Origin: Eledone cirrhosa
Taxonomy: Eukaryota
Assembly (NCBI GenBank): GCA_964016885.1
Contig: OZ024744.1
Span: forward strand, 69,874,001 to 69,938,000
Reading direction: 5' to 3'
Length of the DNA: 64,000 nucleotides
The notes beneath the pieces are model-generated. The model was not told where the DNA came from and ran no database searches. It saw only the letters and a list, made by a program, of their open reading frames with translations. Of the stretch, positions 56,574-64,000 are shown piece after piece. Positions within the stretch are counted from its first letter, which is position 1; every line of letters starts with the position of its first letter. The translations under genes were made by a program, and so were the position numbers.

Positions 56574-57165
56574 ATTGGGAGAGACGAGGTTGTGTGGTTA
56601 CTGATAACGAGTGTTAGAAAGTAAAGGGCACAAGCAAGAGATGGACATTTTCCCTTCATCAGTTGTCTACTAAGGGTCGCAGATGTTTCAGAGCATTATA
56701 GACAATACGTCTATCCGTAACGCACCCATAGCTTTTTATCTATCAAAAAGGTATGAGCGAAAGAAACGATAACGAAGAGAGAGAAAGAAAGAAAAGGAGA
56801 GAAAAAAGGAAAAAATAAGAGGAAAACATACCGATAGAAGGGGGAAATACAGGACAATGGCACATATAAGTAAGTAACCGAGAGGAGAGAGGGGACGAAG
56901 TTAAAAATAGGCAGTTGGGTTAAACCCATGAGCCCTATTAACAGCGGAGAGATGAGAGAAACACGTCTAGTCTCAGTGAAAGCAGATGCAAAGAGAGAGA
57001 AAGATGAAGGAAACGGAAGTGGTAAGGGCGCAGAGAGCGAGAGAAGGGTAGAAAGACAGAGGGAATGAGAGAAAGGGGAGAGGGAAAGGACTTAATCCAA
57101 AAGGGTGGTAGGACAGAAGTCTGACCAGGATAAACAACACAAGCGAGATCGAGATAGATAAATAG

Positions 57166-57199
<34 letters not shown>

Positions 57200-57202
57200 A
57201 GG

Positions 57203-57273
<71 letters not shown>

Positions 57274-57411
57274 GGAGAGAAAGGAAAATAGTTGATCCAA
57301 AAAGTTGTAAGACAAGTCCGACCAGGAACAAGAAAACCAAGCGAAATGCAATAAAACATCTGTGACCCGTAGTAGACAACTGATGAAGGGAAAATGTCCA
57401 TCTCTTTCTAA

Positions 57412-57494
<83 letters not shown>

Positions 57495-57503
<9 letters not shown>

Positions 57504-58115
57504 GAATATATGAGGGATGAACACTGATACAAGTATACATATGTTCGAATTGCAAATGACCAAGTTAGTTAGGTTGAAAAATACTAATTTAAAATAATAT
57601 GGTTTGCCTGTCTCGATTTAAAGTAATAAATCAATAAAAATAACAAACCTATATTGGCAATGGCCGTGATACCCGGACAAATTCTAAATTTGTTTCGCAA
57701 AGTAAAAGACACTATCCCTGTGCTCTTCTGCGGGTATCCGGGAAATTCGTACCTTTCACTTCAAAAGACTTAAGAAGACTGAGAAATATGTGTTGAAACG
57801 CACATGTCACAGCGCCTAACTCGTCTCATACTCGTGCCGCTAAAAATAGCAGCCGGTTTTATGGGGCTAAAGTTAGCTCTACGTGTGGAGCCGAGAATAT
57901 CATATATTGAGTTATAAACTCAAAATAGTCTTTTACAATTAAATAGCTCAAAGAAGGGAATATTTCCGAGCCGTGTAATACAAATGAATATAATTTTAAA
58001 TTAGTATTTTCAACCTAGCTAACTTGGTCATTTGCAATTGGAACACATGCATACTTGTATCAGTGTTCATCCCTCTCATATATTCATTTGTATTGAGTTT
58101 ATAACTCAATATATG
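57495..58115. repeat. second copy of the 4481-4858 fold-back family
   Basis: shared gaccaagtta..aggttgaaaa, gactattttgagttt. Confidence 0.7.
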
Positions 58116-58117
58116 AT

Positions 58118-58193
<76 letters not shown>

Positions 58194-58198
<5 letters not shown>

Positions 58199-58332
58199 TC
58201 CAGAAATAGCAGTCGAAACGGCTTCAGCTCTGCCGTCGGGTTAAACATTTTACTATTACCCACTCTACTACCCTAAGTATTGAGTTCTCTGGTGCGTTAT
58301 GGTCTATCTGGTTCCTTACCACACCTCATTCG

Positions 58333-58334
<2 letters not shown>
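58194..58334 (+). mobile_element. family C element, no fold-back
   Basis: consensus match. Confidence 0.7.
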
Positions 58335-58411
<77 letters not shown>

Positions 58412-58463
58412 AGAGACGTAAAATAAGAAAATTATAAAAATTAACTTTCTTACTAAAATTTCA

Positions 58464-58543
58464 CTCCAACTAATTAGTTTCTGAAAGGGAATAAACGTAG
58501 TTCCCGAAGAAACGTACGGAGAAGCCTTTCGTCATCAGGGAAG
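58464..58543 (-). ncRNA. type I hammerhead (inverted copy)
   Basis: reverse complement of 59276-59355. Confidence 0.72.
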
Positions 58544-59275
58544 TCTATTCTCAGCTAAGTTTCCAGGCAATACGTGGACACAGGGAACTTATACAAAAAT
58601 AATTCAGTGGATGGAAAAAAGCAAGCCATTGAAAAAATCACTGCCTACTGCGTCGGTGGCAAATTCAAAAGAATCAATCACGTGACATCGAGGTCAATCA
58701 GTGAAGAGTGGTTTGTTAAGAAGACAGCAGCCGGACTGTTACTATGAACTATAGTAGCAGTTTTGGCCAATTTTGGCTCGACAAAATAATTTGGAGATAA
58801 TTATAAAGAATTAGTATATTAGTTGGAGTGAAATTTTAGTAAGTAAGTTAATTTTTATAATTTTCTTATTTTACGTCTCTCATATTGTTATGCATCCCCA
58901 TGCATTGAACCACAAAGTTACTAAGACAAAACCTATATATTTGCTGGCATAGGTATGCATCTGTATATATATGTTAGTAAATATACTAATTCTTTATAAT
59001 TATCTCCAAATTATTTTGTCGAGCCAAAACTGGCCAAAACTGCTACTATAGTTCATAGTAACAGTCCGGCTGCTGTCTTCTTAACAAACTACTCTTCACT
59101 GATTGACCTCGATGTCACGTGATTGATTCTTTTGAATTTGCCACCGACGCAGTAGGCAGTGATTTTTTCAATGGCTTGGGACTTAGTCCACGCTTTGCTT
59201 TTTTCCATCCACTGAATTATTTTTGTATAAGTTCCCTGTGTCCACGTATTGCCTGGAAACTTAGCTGAGAATAGA

Positions 59276-59355
59276 CTTCCCTGATGACGAAAGGCTTCTC
59301 CGTGCGTTTCTTCGGAAACTACGTTTATTCCCTTTCAGAAACTAATTAGTTGGAG
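59276..59355 (+). ncRNA. type I hammerhead with extended stem II
   Basis: UUCC CUGAUGA cGAAAGG-36 nt-CCUUUCa GAA ACUAAUUAGU U GGAG. Confidence 0.75.
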
Positions 59356-59805
59356 TGAAATTTTAGTAAGTAAGTTAATTTTTATAATTTTCTTATTTTA
59401 CGTCTCTCACATTATTGTTCTGCATCCCCATGCATTGAACCACAAAGTTACTAAGACAAAACCTATATATTTGCTGGCATAGGTATGCATCTGTATATAT
59501 ATGTTAGTAAATATACTAATTCTTTATAATTATCTCCAAATTATTTTGTCGAGCCAAAACTGGCCAAAACTGCTACTATAGTTCATAGTAACAGTCCGGC
59601 TGCTGTCTTCTTAACAAACTACTCTTCACTGATTGACCTCGATGTCACGTGATTGATTCTTTTGAATTTGCCACCGACGCAGTAGGCAGTGATTTTTTCA
59701 ATGGCTTGGGACTTAGTCCACGCTTTGCTTTTTTCCATCCACTGAATTATTTTTGTATAAGTTCCCTGTGTCCACGTATTGCCTGGAAACTTAGCTGAGA
59801 ATAGA

Positions 59806-59885
59806 CTTCCCTGATGACGAAAGGCTTCTCCGTGCGTTTCTTCGGAAACTACGTTTATTCCCTTTCAGAAACTAATTAGTTGGAG
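59806..59885 (+). ncRNA. type I hammerhead with extended stem II (tandem copy)
   Basis: identical to 59276-59355. Confidence 0.75.
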
Positions 59886-60051
59886 TGAAATTTTAGTAAG
59901 TAAGTTAATTTTTATAATTTTCTTATTTTACGTCTCTCACATTATTGTTCTGCATCCCCATGCATTGAATCACAAAGTTACTAAGACAAAACCTATATAT
60001 TTGCTGGCATAGGTATGCATCTGTATATATATGTTAGTAAATATACTAATT

Positions 60052-60142
<91 letters not shown>

Positions 60143-60148
<6 letters not shown>

Positions 60149-61111
60149 TTAGTTAAGCAAAATAAGACCACAAATTTCACAAGGAAGACATTATTAAAAG
60201 ATTGTCAACATATTTTAGTTTGATGTAAGGAATGTAGAAAATAATAATAATAATATTAATAATAATAATGTCCGTTTACAATTGTTTCGCTACTCCATAT
60301 AATATTTCTGGATCAAATGATTATATATCATTATTAAAATACCAATATATGGAACACTACATTTATTAACATTCTTTCCTTATTTTAATTTATATTCCTT
60401 TAGAAGTTCCGATGAGCTGCTCTGTCTTTACCTATGTTAATTATTTTCAACTGAACCAGATCAATAATGATATATAATCATTTGATCCAGAAATATTATA
60501 TGGAGTAGCGAAACAATTGTAGACGGACATTATTATTATTAATATTATTATTATTATTCTCTAGATTCCTTACATCAAACTAAAATATGTTGTCAATCTT
60601 TTAATAATGTCTTCCTTGTGAAATTTGTGGTCTTGTTTTGCTTAACTAATGAATATTTCCAGCTCTGTGCACCTAACCTCTGCATGAACCCAGCCACCTG
60701 GCTGTTTTCCACTGTATATTGCACATTGCACATCCCTTTACGCTTTGGCTTCTAACTAATTCACCAATCTCTCCTCTCCTATCTGCATCTCTCTCTTTAA
60801 GATTGGTTACTCTTGAACTGTGTGTGTATATATATATATATATATTGTTAAACGTATTCTCTAGATTCCTTACATCAAACTAAAATATGTTGACAATCTT
60901 TTAATAATGTCTTCCTTGAGAAATTTATGGTCTTGTTTTGCTTAACTAATGAATATTTCCAGCTCTGTGCACCTAACCTCTGCATGAACCCAGCCACCTG
61001 GCTGTTTTCCACTGCATATTGCACATCCCTTTACGCTTTGGCTTCTAACTAATTCACCAATCTCTCCTCTCCTATCTCCATCTCTCTCTTTAAGATTGGT
61101 TACTCTTGAAC

Positions 61112-61117
<6 letters not shown>
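60143..61117 (+). mobile_element. PLE-type element: inverted arm 60143-60335, sense pLTR to ~60825, partial direct copy 60856-61117
   Basis: inverted plus direct repeats in (TA)n. Confidence 0.8.
60406..60524 (+). ncRNA. type I hammerhead with ~74-nt loop II, core CCGAUGA
   Basis: GUU CCGAUGA GCUGCUCUGU...AUGGAGUAGC GAA ACAAUUGU A GAC. Confidence 0.65.
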
Positions 61118-61149
<32 letters not shown>

Positions 61150-61287
61150 TAAACGGAATAGAAAATGTCCGTTTACCAATATATAATAACTTGTGTGTTA
61201 CACCTCTATTCTTTTAACTATAAATATATATATATATATATATTTACTTTTTATATATTGTTCTGATTATGTGTTGGCATGTGAACA

Positions 61288-61337
61288 GAGCTGCAGACAC
61301 TAATGTTTCTGGGTATTACCCTTCATCAGTACAGCTC
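61288..61337 (-). ncRNA. minimal type I hammerhead ribozyme, canonical GUC site
   Basis: GAGCUGUA CUGAUGA aGGGU-aau-ACCCa GAA ACAUUAGUGU C UGCAGCUC. Confidence 0.88.
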
Positions 61338-61555
61338 ACTGTTCACCAACCAACTGTCAAAGCTAGTGAAAATATATGCTATTTTCTAAAATATACAGTT
61401 ACTGATCGGCTTGATTTGCATATTAGCAGACTGGCTGATCAGTCAGATCTGCATATTAGAAGATCCACTGATCAGCCAGATTTGCATATCAGCAGACTAA
61501 CTAGTCAGTTTCCTGGCCGGCTTTGCCACATTCAAATAAAAAAAGAAAATGTTCG

Positions 61556-61636
<81 letters not shown>

Positions 61637-62215
61637 GATATAGATATATAATTTAAAGGGTATATACCCATAAACTAGAGAAGGCCATAGAAATATATAT
61701 ATATGTTTTTGGCAACCATTCACGGTGTGGCTCAATGACGAATTAATTAAATAATTAATAATTATTAATTATTTTATTATAATTATTAATTATTAAATAA
61801 TTAATAATTATTAATTATTTAATAATTAATAATTATAATAAAATAATTAATAATTATTAATTATTTAATAATTAATGATTATAACAAAATAATTAATAAT
61901 TATTAATTATTTAATTAATTCGTCATTGAGCCACACCGTGAATGGTTGCCAAAAACATATATATATATTTCTATGGCCTTGTCTAGTTTATGTGTATATA
62001 CCCTTTAAATTATATATATATATATATATGTGGGGGGGGGGCGTGTGTGGTGCATATGTGTGTGTGTAGAGCGAAAATTTTATTTTTTATTTGAATGTGG
62101 CAAAGCCGGCCAGGAAACTGACTGGCCAGTCTGCTGATATGCAAATCTGGCTGATCAGTGGATCTTCTAATATGCATATATTTTCACTAGCTCTGACAGT
62201 TGGTAGGTGAATAGT

Positions 62216-62265
62216 GAGCAGTACTAATGAAGGGTGATACCCAGAAACATTAGTGTCTGCAGTTC
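62216..62265 (+). ncRNA. inactivated copy of the 61288 hammerhead (CUAAUGA, G5A)
   Basis: same stems II and III, core G5 mutated. Confidence 0.7.
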
Positions 62266-62469
62266 TGTGCACATGCCAACACAAGAGCAATAATGAAGAG
62301 TTCATTCTACTGACATGGCTATAAAAATGAGGCTTGTTTGCATAATTGCCAACGAATCGAATGTTATTAATATTCGAAAAACTCAGATTACATTTATTGT
62401 ATTCAGCCATGTAGAGCGAAAATTTTCTCTTTTATATATATATATATACATATATATATAAATACATAT

Positions 62470-62700
62470 ATATAAAATAAGTAAGTCAAACATGTAAAAT
62501 TTGGCTTCGTTTATTATAAATTCTCTGCTATATATATTTCGGTGACAGCTATCATTGGCTCTGACCTCTTGAAGCAGTCCGAATTGCTGTTGAAGTGTGT
62601 TCCACTCTGTCAATACATCGATATGTCCAGCTCCTGGGTGTGTTGTTAGTCTTAGCAGAGAATTTATAATAAACAAGGCCAAATCTTACTTATTTTACAT
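62470..62700 (-). mobile_element. fold-back copy of the 4290-4470 family, hammerhead core eroded (UUCAAGA)
   Basis: shared tatcgatgtattgaca, caccgaaatatatatagc, gaagccaaattttacatg. Confidence 0.7.
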
Positions 62701-62773
62701 TACTCCGGAGTAAACAAACCAACCTGCGTACTTCGTCGATAGCTCCAATCGGCATACTCCAATCTACATATAC

Positions 62774-62832
<59 letters not shown>

Positions 62833-63408
62833 AAAAAACTACCCGGTTGAGTGCTTATTCGATTTGAGCTATTTATGCAATTTTTTGCATGATATACACA
62901 TACGGAATTCATTTGCCAAAATCTGGGGTTTTTTCCCTTGTGAATTACACATGTGTTTTTACAAAGCTCTACATCATTCACAAACTTGGTACAGAGCAAA
63001 ATACCTGTTGATAACGTGATATTCCTTCTTCGGTCATTATACCAAAAGCTTAGAGTTTTAAGCAGACAGTATTATTGATTTAGGTGTCATAGAAACCCTG
63101 CATTTGGATTTTACCATCAATTCCAATGGGTCCAGGTCTGTTTTTATCATTTATTTTGTTTACCTGTTTAGCTTGATTTGCCTTTTGGCTTAGGTGGTTA
63201 ATGCCTTCTTGACCACTTTTTCAGTTTGAATGGCGTTTTAACATATTGTTTAGTTCTGTTTTTTTTTAAACTATGTAGCGCTTGCCAGCATAACTCTGAT
63301 TTTTGCGTTTCGTTTCGCTTTTTCTACCCGCCGAAATGCGGTTCTCGCAGAATTTATATTTATATATATATATATACATATATGTATGTATTTATATATA
63401 TATGCATG

Positions 63409-63447
<39 letters not shown>

Positions 63448-63610
63448 TTATATATATGTATATATATATATGTATTTATATATATGTATTTATATATATG
63501 TATATATATATATGTATTTATATATATGTATATATATATATATACATATATATATGTATATATATATATATCCCAAAAGTATATATATATATATATATAT
63601 ATATATCCCA

Positions 63611-63668
<58 letters not shown>

Positions 63669-63781
63669 GTATATATATATATATATATGTAGGAGGTGAG
63701 TTTTATTGTAGTACAATAAAGCAATGCAGATATCGGATAAGAAGCACTCTACAGTTTGTAGGACTGGAGTATACATAATAT

Positions 63782-64000
63782 ATAAGATCTCGTCTTTATA
63801 ATCATCATTCGTCTTTTAAATACCAACTTAAAAGAACCAACACGGCTCTCTCAGAACTCATATGGTCCTTGAAAGACAAAAATATTAAATATAACATCTC
63901 TTGGAAAAAGGTTTCTTCTGCTTTTCCATACTTGAACAGTTCTCTATCCAAAACTTGCAATCTCTGTCTAAATGAAAAATTTACCATTATATCTAATTTA
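63782..64000 (+). pseudogene. GIY-YIG endonuclease C-terminal half of a Penelope-like element (Naiad-type); frame missing from the ORF track
   Basis: [13 protein letters not shown]...TALSELIWSLKDKNIKYNISWK...PY...KTCNLCLNEKFTI. Confidence 0.8.

Larger units (their letters stand above)
58410..60056 (+). mobile_element. non-coding PLE/retrozyme-like array: inverted partial copy (58410-58820) plus ~2.3 direct 530-bp units
   Basis: period 530 bp (59352 to 59882); one hammerhead per unit. Confidence 0.85.
61270..62432. mobile_element. PLE-type fold-back (arms ~61270-61558 / 62066-62283) enclosing a second AT-rich fold-back 61646-62012
   Basis: nested inverted repeats. Confidence 0.8.

Noticed and set aside
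59281-59327. Alternative hammerhead using GAAAC at ~59315
   Set aside because: No adjacent stem I, and the inverted copy reads GGAAC; the downstream GAA at 59338 gives a complete fold in all three copies
62840-63355. Possible host exon in non-microsatellite sequence
   Set aside because: Stops in the frames read and no recognisable domain; probably a decayed repeat, left unannotated
63740-63780. LQFVGL as the YIG motif of the downstream endonuclease
   Set aside because: Out of frame, and the DNA resembles the pLTR tail at ~49520-49540 (gaagcactctaca), so it is more likely an inverted pLTR piece

Overview
Eukaryotic, extremely repeat-rich, gene-free window. The microsatellite density and the tRNA/CORE-type SINEs suggest an octopus or other cephalopod genome (inference). 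No host protein-coding gene is supported, and almost all ORFs in the track are microsatellite translations. The window contains: (TA)n/(CA)n/(CATA)n/(GATA)n arrays; about 20 SINE copies; decayed non-LTR retrotransposons (R4/Dong-like RLE, CRE-like, Tx1/L1, RTE); Tc1/mariner, hAT and MITE remnants; two Helentron-type non-autonomous elements; and many Penelope-like element (PLE) remnants. The main signal is at least nine unrelated short fold-back families, almost all inserted in (TA)n. Each carries a hand-foldable minimal type I hammerhead ribozyme (stem I-CUGANGA-stem II-GAA-stem III-UH-stem I), usually with a palindromic stem III. These include core variants (CUGUGGA, CAGAAGA, CCGAUGA), a 530-bp tandem array with one ribozyme per unit (retrozyme-like), and inversion breakpoints that repeatedly fall at or next to the ribozyme stem III/cleavage site. 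All folds were done by eye and none was computed or tested.
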